Assembly: GCA_965246755.1 (NCBI GenBank)
Contig: OZ251979.1
Span: 1,566,642 to 1,630,641 of the forward strand
Origin: Alphaproteobacteria bacterium
Lineage (GTDB): Bacteria; Pseudomonadota; Alphaproteobacteria; UBA11073
DNA: 64,000 bases
Direction of reading: 5' to 3'
Below, in pieces: positions 28,084-37,503 of this stretch. The stretch's first letter is position 1, and each line of letters starts with the position of its first letter. The position numbers and the translations under genes are program-made. The notes below the pieces were generated by a model, which did not search any database, was not told where the DNA came from, and saw nothing but the letters and a program-made list of their open reading frames with translations.

Positions 28084-29250
28084 TTGGGGGGCCTCATGCC
28101 GGTTACACCAGACACATATATAATAAGTGAGGCCGAGCGGCTGGCCTGGTTGCGCCTGTCGCGCAGTGAAAATGTCGGCCCCATCACCTTTAACCGCCTG
28201 CTGCGGCAATTCGGCTCTGCCGTCCGGGCGCTGGACGCCATCCCTGACCTGGCCCGCCGCGGCGGGCGCCTGCAAAAACTGAAGATCCAAAGTGAGGCGG
28301 ATGGCCGCGCGGAAATCCAGGCCCTTACCAAACTGGGGGCCCGGCACCTGTTATCCTGTGATGCCGCTTACCCCGCCATCCTGCGCCATTTGGAAGATGC
28401 GCCGCCGGTTTTGACGGTGAAGGGCAATCCGGCGCTGCTCGAAAAACCGATGGTCAGCATCGTGGGCGCGCGGAATGCCTCGCTGCCCGGCCGGCGCATG
28501 GCGGAAATTCTAGCCGCAGAATTGGGCCAAGCCGGCTATACTATCGTCTCCGGTCTCGCGCGCGGGATTGATACCGCCGCGCATGGCGCTAGCCTTACCG
28601 ACGGTACAGTGGCCGTGGTCGCGGGCGGTATTGATATTGTTTATCCGGCGGAAAACCAAACCCTGTATGACAAGATTTGCGCGCAAGGTATTGTAATTGC
28701 GGAAAATCCGCCAGGGGTGCCGCCCACCAACCGTGACTTTCCCCGCCGCAACCGCATCATCTCCGGCCTCGCCCTCGGCACCGTCATTGTCGAGGCTGCG
28801 CTGAAATCCGGCTCGCTCATCACCGCGCGTTATGCGCTGGAGCAAGGGCGCGAAGTGTTTGCCATCCCCGGCTCGCCCCTTGATCCGCGCGCCGGCGGTA
28901 CCAATAAATTAATCAAGGATGGCGCAACCCTGGTGGAAAGCGCCGCCGACATTATAAATGTGTTGCGAAATATGCAGGAACCAACCGCCCTTGCCGAGCC
29001 GTGGCAAACCTACCGCAATGCGCCGCTGCAATATGATGATAATGCCGTGGCGGTCGCACGGCGGCGCACGCTGACCGATTTGCTATCCTTCACCCCCGTA
29101 ACGCTGGATGAAATCCTGCGCACGGGCGAGGTCAATCCGGCGGCGCTCCACACTGCCCTGCTCGAACTTGAACTCGCCGGGCGCGCCCAGCGCCTGTCCG
29201 GCAACCGCGTTATTTTGGCGACTGATGATACAGAAATGAAGGCAATGTAA
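28084..29250 (+). CDS. dprA: DNA processing protein DprA (Smf)
   Basis: Rossmann-like DprA core IVSGLARGIDTAAHGASL..., C-terminal winged-helix region. Confidence 0.85.
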   Translation: MGGLMPVTPDTYIISEAERLAWLRLSRSENVGPITFNRLLRQFGSAVRALDAIPDLARRGGRLQKLKIQSEADGRAEIQALTKLGARHLLSCDAAYPAILRHLEDAPPVLTVKGNPALLEKPMVSIVGARNASLPGRRMAEILAAELGQAGYTIVSGLARGIDTAAHGASLTDGTVAVVAGGIDIVYPAENQTLYDKICAQGIVIAENPPGVPPTNRDFPRRNRIISGLALGTVIVEAALKSGSLITARYALEQGREVFAIPGSPLDPRAGGTNKLIKDGATLVESAADIINVLRNMQEPTALAEPWQTYRNAPLQYDDNAVAVARRRTLTDLLSFTPVTLDEILRTGEVNPAALHTALLELELAGRAQRLSGNRVILATDDTEMKAM

Positions 29251-31904
29251 TGGCACAAGATAACCTCGTCATCGTCGAAAGTCCGGCCAAAGCTAAAACC
29301 ATCGAAAAATATCTGGGGCCGGATTATAAAGTCCTCGCCAGTTTCGGGCATATCCGCGATCTGCTGCCCAAAGATGGCGCGGTGCGCCCCGATGAAGACT
29401 TCGCGATGGATTGGGTGCTGGGCGACCGTGCTCATAAAAATGTCAAAGAGATTGAACGCGCCGTTAAAACCTCTAAAACATTATATCTTGCGACCGACCC
29501 GGACCGCGAGGGCGAGGCCATTTCCTGGCATGTCAAAGAATATCTGGATGAAAAGAATTTATTAAAAGGCCGCACTATTCATCGCGTCACTTTTAACGAA
29601 ATTACCAAAAGCGCGATTCAGACTGCGTTTAAGCAGCCGCGGGAAATCAATGCCGAGCTGGTTGAAGCTTATCTGGCGCGCCGCGCGCTGGATTTTTTAG
29701 TCGGCTTTAACCTGTCGCCGATTTTGTGGCGCAAATTGCCGGGCGCACGGTCGGCGGGGCGGGTGCAGTCGGTCGCGCTGCGCCTCATCTGCGAACGTGA
29801 ATTTGAAATTGAACAGTTTAAGCCCCAAGAATATTGGTCAGTTGAAGCGCTGTTTCAAACGAATAGCGGCGCCACTTTTACCGCGCGGCTAACGCATTTT
29901 GACGGCCAAAAACTGGACAAATTTGCCATCAATAACGAAACGCGCGCGCAAGAGATTCTAGCCGCATTGCAAAAACAAAATTTTACCGTCAGCGATGTGA
30001 CGAAGAAAGAAGTCAAACGTCATCCGGCCGCGCCATTTATTACCTCAAGCTTGCAGATGGAAGCGTCACGCAAACTCGGTTTCGGCGCTAGCCAAACCAT
30101 GCGCACCGCGCAAAAACTTTATGAAGGCGTGACGCTGGGCGGCGAAACGGTCGGACTTATCACCTATATGCGGACTGATGGCGTGCAATTGTCCCAAGAT
30201 GCAATCTACTCCTGCCGCACGACGATTGATAAATTGTACGGCCAGGATTATTTGCCGGAACAACCACGCATCTATTCATCAAAAGCCAAAAACGCGCAGG
30301 AAGCGCATGAGGCAATTCGCCCCACCGATCTCGCGCGTACGCCTGATTACGTCGCCAAATATGTCGATCATGATCAGGCGCGGTTGTATGAATTGATCTG
30401 GAAACGCACGTTGGCCGCGCAGATGGCTAGCGCGGTTCTGGACCAGGCTACCGTCGATATTACCGGCACGAACAAGGCGGCGTTCCGCGCCACCGGTTCG
30501 GTGGTGAAATTCGACGGGTTTTTTAAACTCTATTTTGAAGATACTGACGATATGCCGTCTGACAGTGAGGATAATCGCCGCTTGCCGCCGCTGACTGTCA
30601 AAGACGCGTTGCAGACGAACAGCATTAAACCCGAACAGCATTTCACGCAGCCGCCGCCACGTTTCAGCGAGGCGTCGCTGGTCAAGGCCTTGGAAGAGCT
30701 TGGCATCGGCCGCCCTTCTACCTATGCCTCGATCATCCAGGTGTTGCAGGACCGCAATTATGTGCGGCTCGATAAAAAGCGTTTTGTGCCCGAAGATCGC
30801 GGGCGGATTGTCACAACCTTCCTTACCAATTTTTTCCGCCGTTATGTGGAATATGATTTTACCGCCGCGCTTGAAGGCCAGCTGGATGAAATTTCCGCCG
30901 GCGCGTTGGATTGGAAAGACATGCTGCGCAAATTCTGGGTCGAATTTATCGGCGCGGTCGATGAAACCAAACCACTTACCATCACGCAGGTGATTGATGT
31001 GCTGGATGCGGAGCTGGATAAGTTTTTATTTCCGCCGCGCGCAGATGGCAGTGATCCGCGCAAATGTCCGCGTGATAGTGGTCGCCTTGGTTTAAAGCTC
31101 GGTAAATTCGGCGCCTTTGTCGGCTGCTCGAATTATCCGGAGTGCAAAGAAACGCGGCCATTGGGTCTCGCCGAAAGCGCCGCCGCTGCCAACGGCGGCG
31201 GTGTGTTTGAACCGCGTGAAATCGGCATTGATCCTGACAGTGGTGAAGTTATCACCATCAAGCTTGGCCCCTATGGCCCTTATCTCGAACGGCCTAATGG
31301 TGACAACAAGCCCAAACGCGCGTCGTTGACGCCCGGCACCAACCTGGATGCCATTACGCTGGAAGATGCCGTCAAATTATTATTGCTGCCGCGCGAGGTG
31401 GGGATTTTCCCCGAAACCGGCGATCCGATTTACGCCAACGTCGGCCGGTTCGGGCCCTATATTCAAACCGGTAAATTGCTGGCGTCATTGCCCAAGGGTG
31501 AAACGGCGCAGGATATCGGCCCCAACCGCGCGGTGGATATTTTGATGGAGAAAATTGCGCGCAGCCTGCCGGTTAAAGAATTGGATAATCATCCAGACGA
31601 TGATGCGCCAATCGGCATTTATCGTAGCCGGTTTGGTTTTGTCATTCGTCATAATGATATCGAGGCGCGCCTTGCCAAAGGCACCGACCCACAAGACATC
31701 GACAGTGCCACCGCCATTTTGTTATTAAAGCAGATGGGCAAACCGGCGTTCAAATTTGGCAAGAAAAAGGGCAAAGGTAAAACCACCGCGCCAAAGAAAA
31801 CAGCTGTTAAAAAAACCGCCGTGAAAAAGACAGCTGCCAAAAAAACTGCCGCTAAAAAATCTGCGGTAAAAAAGACCGCCGCTAAGCAAGTTACGGCAAA
31901 ATAA
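29250..31904 (+). CDS. topA: DNA topoisomerase I with C-terminal Lys-rich (VKKTA)n tail
   Basis: TOPRIM N-terminus (LVIVESPAKAKTIEKYLG), catalytic Tyr region, C-terminal Zn-ribbon-like repeats, terminal KKTAVKKTAVKKTAAKKTAAKKSAVKKTAAK. Confidence 0.9.
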   Translation: MAQDNLVIVESPAKAKTIEKYLGPDYKVLASFGHIRDLLPKDGAVRPDEDFAMDWVLGDRAHKNVKEIERAVKTSKTLYLATDPDREGEAISWHVKEYLDEKNLLKGRTIHRVTFNEITKSAIQTAFKQPREINAELVEAYLARRALDFLVGFNLSPILWRKLPGARSAGRVQSVALRLICEREFEIEQFKPQEYWSVEALFQTNSGATFTARLTHFDGQKLDKFAINNETRAQEILAALQKQNFTVSDVTKKEVKRHPAAPFITSSLQMEASRKLGFGASQTMRTAQKLYEGVTLGGETVGLITYMRTDGVQLSQDAIYSCRTTIDKLYGQDYLPEQPRIYSSKAKNAQEAHEAIRPTDLARTPDYVAKYVDHDQARLYELIWKRTLAAQMASAVLDQATVDITGTNKAAFRATGSVVKFDGFFKLYFEDTDDMPSDSEDNRRLPPLTVKDALQTNSIKPEQHFTQPPPRFSEASLVKALEELGIGRPSTYASIIQVLQDRNYVRLDKKRFVPEDRGRIVTTFLTNFFRRYVEYDFTAALEGQLDEISAGALDWKDMLRKFWVEFIGAVDETKPLTITQVIDVLDAELDKFLFPPRADGSDPRKCPRDSGRLGLKLGKFGAFVGCSNYPECKETRPLGLAESAAAANGGGVFEPREIGIDPDSGEVITIKLGPYGPYLERPNGDNKPKRASLTPGTNLDAITLEDAVKLLLLPREVGIFPETGDPIYANVGRFGPYIQTGKLLASLPKGETAQDIGPNRAVDILMEKIARSLPVKELDNHPDDDAPIGIYRSRFGFVIRHNDIEARLAKGTDPQDIDSATAILLLKQMGKPAFKFGKKKGKGKTTAPKKTAVKKTAVKKTAAKKTAAKKSAVKKTAAKQVTAK
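31791..31885 (+). repeat. 15-bp tandem repeat (~6 units) encoding the (V/A)KKTA pentapeptide tail of TopA
   Basis: Units gttaaaaaaaccgcc / gtgaaaaagacagct / gccaaaaaaactgcc / gctaaaaaatctgcg / gtaaaaaagaccgcc. Confidence 0.8.
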
Positions 31905-31940
31905 GATGACAAACTTTGCCGAATGGGTTAAACTTTATTT

Positions 31941-32213
31941 ATGAAAATGGAGCTTAACCTGCCTGACAATTTACCGCCACCGCTGGTTAATCATATCGGC
32001 CAATTGCTTGACCGTATTCAAGATGATCCGTCGTTTGCCGAAGATATTTGGTTACACGATGATGCACCGGATAATTTTGTTATGACGCCGGAAATTCGCA
32101 CCAAAATTGAAGAGGGTTTGGCTGATATTGCTGTAGGACGTATTTTGACCTCTGAACAAGTTGATAAAAATTTGGCCGAATATCGGGCACAATGGCTAGC
32201 TCAGAACAATTAA
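31941..32213 (+). CDS. Putative antitoxin paired with the downstream ParE-like toxin
   Basis: 90-aa acidic protein; overlaps the toxin gene by 22 nt; C-terminal TPEIRTKIEEGLADIAVGRILTSEQV resembles addiction-module antidote proteins. Confidence 0.5.
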   Translation: MKMELNLPDNLPPPLVNHIGQLLDRIQDDPSFAEDIWLHDDAPDNFVMTPEIRTKIEEGLADIAVGRILTSEQVDKNLAEYRAQWLAQNN

Positions 32214-32524
32214 AGGTTATATATTCTGAAAGTGCCCAAAAAGATTTAAAGGAAATCTGGCGTTGGAATGCTAAAACTTATTGTTTAAATCATGCTGATA
32301 AATATATCGAACAGTTAAAGACAAAAATCTGTATTTTAGAATCGGACCCCCATCGTGGCACTGCAATAATTGAATATCAGGATTTACGGGGCCTGCTGAT
32401 TAAAAAACGTAACAGTAAACATGGGCATATGGCCTTTTATAAAATCAATCAAAGCACAATTTATATAGCGCGCATTCTACATACTGCAATGAATTGGCAA
32501 ATTCATCTAGATGGCAATGCATGA
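32192..32524 (+). CDS. parE: ParE/RelE-family type II toxin
   Basis: 110 aa; SAQKDLKEIWRW..., C-terminal HGHMAFYKINQSTIYIARILHTAMN matches the ParE H.I.YR....I.I.RILH..MD signature. Confidence 0.75.
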   Translation: MASSEQLKVIYSESAQKDLKEIWRWNAKTYCLNHADKYIEQLKTKICILESDPHRGTAIIEYQDLRGLLIKKRNSKHGHMAFYKINQSTIYIARILHTAMNWQIHLDGNA

Positions 32525-34473
32525 AACACACTAAACACCGCAAAGCTAAATCAAGCCCACCCAAAAGCGTCCAACACAAAAACGTGGCGCGAAAATTTGC
32601 CGCCGGTAAAATCAAACCGCAGGCGGCAGCAACGCGTCCCGCGATTGAGTCTGGTTTTGTCATGGGCATCGCCAAACGCCAGGGCAAAACATTTTTAATC
32701 GAAAGTGTTAGCAAGCGCGACCATAACAGCTATCAGCTCGCCGATGGTAAAAAACACGGCATCAACGATGGTGACCTGGTCAAAGTCAAACTTGACCCAC
32801 GCAGTAAGGAACACAAACTAAAACGCGTCGAATTTGTCGAGAATTTTGGTGATATCAACAATGCCGGTACCTTTAGCCTGATTGCCATCCATTCCCTTAG
32901 CATCCCGCATGAATTTCCGGAAGAGGCTTTGGCACAAGCCGCGCAAGGTGCGGTGCCGTCGCTGGGCGCGCGTGAAGATCTCCGCAACATATCGCTCGTC
33001 ACCATCGACGGTGCAGATGCGCGCGACTTCGACGATGCGGTCTTTGCCGAGCCCGACGGCAATGGCTGGCATCTGATTGTCGCGATTGCCGATGTGTCTT
33101 ATTATGTGCGGTCGGGCAATGCGCTGGACCAGGAGGCGTTTAACCGTGGCAATTCCGTCTATTTCCCCGACCGCGTCGTGCCGATGTTGCCGGAAGCGCT
33201 GTCCAATGACCTATGTTCACTGCGACCCAACGAACCGCGTGCGGCGATGGCCGTGCATCTATGGATTAATGCCAATGGAAATTTACAAAAACATAAATTC
33301 ACGCGTGCCCTGATCCGTTCGCATGCCCGGCTGACCTATGAACAGGTGCAGGAGGCACGCGACAGCAATGCCGACAAAACCACCACGGCGCTGATGGATA
33401 AAGTTATCAATCCATTATACAGCGCTTATCAGGCTTTGCTGAAGGCACGGCTTAAACGCGGTACGCTTGACCTCGATGTGCCGGAACGCAAAGTACAGCT
33501 GGGTGATGATGGCAAGGTTATTGCCATTGTGCCGCGCACGCGGCTCGACAGTCACCGGCTAATCGAAGAGTTTATGGTGTTGGCGAATGTCGCGGCGGCG
33601 ATGGAGCTTATCAAACATAAATCACCCTGTATCTTCCGCATCCATGACCATCCCGACGTCACCAAGCTGGATATTGCGCGCCAGGTGTTGAGCAGTATGG
33701 GATTGGAATTGGCGAAGGGCAATAAACTCGCGCCGAAAGATTTTACCAAACTGCTGGACGAAACGCGCGGGCGTGAGGATGCGCATGTCGTGCATCAACT
33801 GATTTTACGCAGCCAAAGCCAGGCGATCTACAGCCCCAACAACATCGGTCACTTTGGCCTCGCGCTGGAACGCTATGCGCATTTCACGTCGCCCATCCGC
33901 CGCTATGCGGATTTGATTGTACATCGCAGCCTGATCCGCGCGCTGGATTTGGGTGATGGTGGTCTTACGGATTATGAAGCCAAACAGGTCGATAAAATCG
34001 CCGAACATATTTCGGTCACCGAACGCCGCGCGGTCGAGGCCGAACGCCAGACCATGGATCGCTATACAGCTTCTTTTTTGGAAAATGAAGTCGGCGCGGT
34101 TTTCAACGCGCGTATTTCATCGGTCACACGCTTCGGTTTGTTTGTCACGCTAGACGACACCGGCGCAGATGGCATCATCCCCATGCGCAATTTGGGCGGT
34201 GATTATTTTACGCATGACGAGCCGCGCCAACAACTGGTCGGCCAACGCACCAAATATGTTTACAAGCTGGGGCAGCGTCTGACGGTAAGATTGCTGGAAG
34301 CCAATGTCTTGACCGGCGGCCTGGCGTTTGAGCCGGTCCAGCAAGTTTTGGAGCAGCCTGCCCCAAAAACAGCTGCAAAATCTTCTGCCGCCAAGCCGAC
34401 TGCCACCAGCCGCAGTTTTAAACAGCGTCCGGGCAGTGCCGCCCCGCAAAAACCTCGTCAACGTCGCCGCTAA
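32521..34473 (+). CDS. rnr: Ribonuclease R; start set at the ATG overlapping the parE stop (ATGA)
   Basis: RNB catalytic domain (FFPDRVVPMLPEALSNDLCSLRP, HFGLALERYAHFTSPIRRYADL), C-terminal S1 domain and basic tail. Confidence 0.85.
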   Translation: MKHTKHRKAKSSPPKSVQHKNVARKFAAGKIKPQAAATRPAIESGFVMGIAKRQGKTFLIESVSKRDHNSYQLADGKKHGINDGDLVKVKLDPRSKEHKLKRVEFVENFGDINNAGTFSLIAIHSLSIPHEFPEEALAQAAQGAVPSLGAREDLRNISLVTIDGADARDFDDAVFAEPDGNGWHLIVAIADVSYYVRSGNALDQEAFNRGNSVYFPDRVVPMLPEALSNDLCSLRPNEPRAAMAVHLWINANGNLQKHKFTRALIRSHARLTYEQVQEARDSNADKTTTALMDKVINPLYSAYQALLKARLKRGTLDLDVPERKVQLGDDGKVIAIVPRTRLDSHRLIEEFMVLANVAAAMELIKHKSPCIFRIHDHPDVTKLDIARQVLSSMGLELAKGNKLAPKDFTKLLDETRGREDAHVVHQLILRSQSQAIYSPNNIGHFGLALERYAHFTSPIRRYADLIVHRSLIRALDLGDGGLTDYEAKQVDKIAEHISVTERRAVEAERQTMDRYTASFLENEVGAVFNARISSVTRFGLFVTLDDTGADGIIPMRNLGGDYFTHDEPRQQLVGQRTKYVYKLGQRLTVRLLEANVLTGGLAFEPVQQVLEQPAPKTAAKSSAAKPTATSRSFKQRPGSAAPQKPRQRRR

Positions 34474-34534
34474 CGGCTTGAAAAATTCTGAATAGTCTGC
34501 GACAACAAGGCAGATTTTACTGGAGACGCTCCTG

Positions 34535-35434
34535 ATGTACCGCAAACTTAGCTTTTTGGCGCTGGCTACTGCCGCCCTGTCACTATCCGCCTGTGCCTAT
34601 ATGGACAGCAGCTTTGCGGTGGATCAGTTGAATAAAGCACAGCCGACCGGCTCGGAGTTTGCCAAACAGCTGACCGAGCAATATAAGGCACGCGCCAACG
34701 ACAGCCAGGACAGTACCCAAAATTACGAACAGGCCTATAATAACGCGTTGCGCGGTCTGCAAACCGCCGAAGGCCAAGAAGTGCCGCCCTACGCGCCTGA
34801 TCAATTTGACGTCGCGCCTGAAAAAACGGTCGAACTGACTGCGGCTCGCACCAAGTTAATAAACACCCTTAAAACTGCCAAGGCCAATGCGCCCAAGGAA
34901 GCCGCGCTGGCCCAGGCAAAATATGATTGCTGGGTGGAAGATGCCGCGAAAGATTGGGCGCCTGAGCAATATCAGGCTTGCCAGGCAGAATTCAAACAGG
35001 CGATGGATCAGCTGCAGGGTTTGAATGCCGAGCCGGTTAATATGACCGCGGGCGCTATGCCGCCGCAGGCCCAGCAAGCGTTGAATGCCGTGCCCGCCAC
35101 TGCCAATCAGTTCTTTGTGTTTTTTACCTTTAAGGGTAAGGATTTGCCGTATAGCGCAAAGGAAACGCTGGACATGGCGGCCCAGCAAATTATGGCCAGT
35201 CACCCGCGCATCGTTTATGTGATCGGCCATTCGGATGCCGCCGGATCCAAAAAATCCAAGCTGAAAATTTCACAACAGCGTGCCGCGGCGATTGCCGCCA
35301 GCCTGGTCACACGCGGTGTGCCAGCCAATATTATTGCCGCGCGCGGCGTGGGCGACACTATGCCATTGGTTAAGGTGCATAGCAAAGGCGGCAAGGAAGC
35401 CGCCAACCGCCGGGTTGAAATTCGCCTGCAGTAA
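34535..35434 (+). CDS. OmpA-family lipoprotein
   Basis: Lipobox LSLSAC; C-terminal OmpA-like domain (...IGHSDAAGSKKSKLKISQQRAAAIAASL..., RRVEIRL). Confidence 0.75.
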   Translation: MYRKLSFLALATAALSLSACAYMDSSFAVDQLNKAQPTGSEFAKQLTEQYKARANDSQDSTQNYEQAYNNALRGLQTAEGQEVPPYAPDQFDVAPEKTVELTAARTKLINTLKTAKANAPKEAALAQAKYDCWVEDAAKDWAPEQYQACQAEFKQAMDQLQGLNAEPVNMTAGAMPPQAQQALNAVPATANQFFVFFTFKGKDLPYSAKETLDMAAQQIMASHPRIVYVIGHSDAAGSKKSKLKISQQRAAAIAASLVTRGVPANIIAARGVGDTMPLVKVHSKGGKEAANRRVEIRLQ

Positions 35435-35443
35435 TCCCATCTA

Positions 35444-35854
35444 ATGGGAATGCAAGGAATTCTTTATCACGCGAAAACCGACGATATTGGTATCAAGGTG
35501 TTGCCAATTTTTCTGGATCATGAATCCGATCCCGACGCGGAAAAATATGTCTGGGCTTATCACATCCGCATCGAAAACGATGGGCGGGATACTGTGCAAT
35601 TGTTGAACCGGCATTGGAAAATCACCGATGCCTTCGGCCATACGCAGGAAGTCAAAGGCCCTGGAGTGATTGGCGTGCAACCGATTATCGGCCCTGGTAA
35701 ATCACACGAGTATGTCTCGGGGGTGCCGTTGCACACGCCTTCCGGCATCATGACCGGCAGCTATCAGATGGAAAATGACAAGGGCGAAGCCTTTGATGTT
35801 GAAATACCGGCCTTTTCATTGGATAGCCCGTATCAGGTTGTACAGTTGAATTAG
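35444..35854 (+). CDS. apaG: ApaG (DUF525) protein
   Basis: YVWAYHIRIENDGRDTVQLLNRHWKITDAFGHTQEVKGPGVIGVQPII.PG matches ApaG. Confidence 0.8.
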   Translation: MGMQGILYHAKTDDIGIKVLPIFLDHESDPDAEKYVWAYHIRIENDGRDTVQLLNRHWKITDAFGHTQEVKGPGVIGVQPIIGPGKSHEYVSGVPLHTPSGIMTGSYQMENDKGEAFDVEIPAFSLDSPYQVVQLN

Positions 35855-35875
35855 TGCAGATTTAGCTGTGAACGC

Positions 35876-36045
35876 CCGCCTCTCCCTGCAGGGAGAGGCC
35901 GAAATACTTAGCGTTAGCGCGCAGCGCCAAGCTTAGTATTTTGGGTGAGGGGGACATTACTAAGCGCAAAACTTTATAATTGACCAAAATCCAAATTCCC
36001 CCTCATCCGGCCTATCGGCCACCTTCTCACTGCAGGGAGAAGGGC
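35876..36045. repeat. MITE-like compound palindromic element, copy C
   Basis: cctctccctgcagggagagg; tgaggggga...tccccctca inverted repeat; cttctcactgcagggagaag. Confidence 0.75.
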
Positions 36046-36118
36046 GACAATTTCATAGATATGAGTTGTTTAACTAAATAACCTAGCCATCTTACCTTAT
36101 CGCGACTAAACTTTCCGC

Positions 36119-36919
36119 ATGATCACGCCGTTGCGTCTTTTCAATCATTCCCTTACCGACACTGAACAATTATTGCGCGCCATCGAAAACTTGGCGCGCG
36201 ACGTCGGCGATTTTTTGCGCGCGCATGAAATATCGCACACCCAGGTTAAGGCGGACGGCTCGCCGGTATCCTCCGCCGATCATGGCGCGGAGGCGATTAT
36301 TGTCGCCGCGCTTCTGCAACTGACGCCGAATATTCCGATCATCGCGGAAGAACAATTCAGCCAGGGGAATGTGCCGAGCATCGCAGGCGGTATCTTTTGG
36401 CTGGTCGATGCTTTGGATGGCACCAAGGAATATTTAAAAGCCTCGCCGGATTACACGGTCAACATCGCGCTGGTTGAGGATGGCATCCCGGCCCTCGGCG
36501 TCATTCATGCGCCGCATTTTAAAGTGACGTACAGCGGTTGCGGCGCAACCAGCGCGATGCGCATCGACGAAACCGGCGCACGCGAAACGATTGCCGCCGC
36601 GGACTCCGACATGGATTATGGCCTGCGCGTCGTGTCGTCAAAATCATTCGGCAGTGAATTACATCTCGCCAAATATATGGCGGGCCGTCAGGTGCGCGAA
36701 CATCGCCACCGCGGCAGCTCGATTAAATTTTGCGAAGTCGCGGAAGGCCGCGTCGATCTGTTTCCGCGTTTCGGCCCTAGCCGCGAATGGGACACCGCCG
36801 CGGGGCAAGCCATTGTCGAGGCCGCCGGCGGCGCCGTCACCACCCCCACCGGCGACCGCCTGACCTATGGCAAGCCGGATTTCATGAATGCCAACTTTAT
36901 CGCCAAGGGCCGACGATAG
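36119..36919 (+). CDS. cysQ: Inositol monophosphatase/CysQ-family 3'(2'),5'-bisphosphate nucleotidase
   Basis: WLVDALDGTKEY and later Asp-rich metal-binding motifs. Confidence 0.75.
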   Translation: MITPLRLFNHSLTDTEQLLRAIENLARDVGDFLRAHEISHTQVKADGSPVSSADHGAEAIIVAALLQLTPNIPIIAEEQFSQGNVPSIAGGIFWLVDALDGTKEYLKASPDYTVNIALVEDGIPALGVIHAPHFKVTYSGCGATSAMRIDETGARETIAAADSDMDYGLRVVSSKSFGSELHLAKYMAGRQVREHRHRGSSIKFCEVAEGRVDLFPRFGPSREWDTAAGQAIVEAAGGAVTTPTGDRLTYGKPDFMNANFIAKGRR

Positions 36920-36924
36920 TCTTT

Positions 36925-37437
36925 TTATGATTCTGGTGCAGGCGTAGATGAGGGTATTGGTGATGATGTTTGAGTAACAGCATCACTTCCCTGCAAAATG
37001 TTAACAGCATTAAAGTCAGTTGCAGTACGCCTAAATGGGTTAGGAGTACTTTTTACGCGGGCCGCCTTTAACTCGGTAAATTTTTCGTACCTATATTCTT
37101 CCCAAGATAAACCGTCATCGTTAATTGCGGCAACTAATTTGTTAACATCTTTTAAATTACTAACGCGAGACAGTGTATCTGTTAAGTAATTAACTTTTGG
37201 CTCAATTAGTAAATCTGGAATTATTTTCACGCGGTGTGCTAGCTCTTGAACTGCATCCACAAGACCATCTTCATTGATCTGTTTATCTAGGCCCATGTCG
37301 AGTTCACGAACAATATTCAATATGGTGCTAATAAGACCAAGAGTTGGCGATTTTGTTCTAAATGCACGACTTGCCCATGACCCGCTTTGAAATTCTCCGT
37401 AAGCTTTTAAGTTTTCATTTTCAAAATCAAAAGACAT
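36925..37437 (-). CDS. Hypothetical protein (AT-rich)
   Basis: 170-aa ORF in a low-GC patch between cysQ and prfB; no family recognised. Confidence 0.4.
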   Translation of the reverse strand: MSFDFENENLKAYGEFQSGSWASRAFRTKSPTLGLISTILNIVRELDMGLDKQINEDGLVDAVQELAHRVKIIPDLLIEPKVNYLTDTLSRVSNLKDVNKLVAAINDDGLSWEEYRYEKFTELKAARVKSTPNPFRRTATDFNAVNILQGSDAVTQTSSPIPSSTPAPES

Positions 37438-37503
37438 TGTTTCTCCTTAATAATTAATATTGAAGCCACTCTGTCAGATTGCGCACAAATTTGTCAATAA
37501 ATT

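Noticed and set aside
31791-31885. Possible CRISPR-like array (regular 15-bp repeats)
   Set aside because: The repeats are contiguous with no spacers, lie inside topA and encode the (V/A)KKTA tail; this is a coding tandem repeat, not CRISPR.
32494-32520. rnr start at 32494 as given by the ORF track
   Set aside because: It would overlap parE by 30 nt in another frame. The in-frame ATG at 32521, overlapping the parE stop (ATGA), is more plausible, though unverified.
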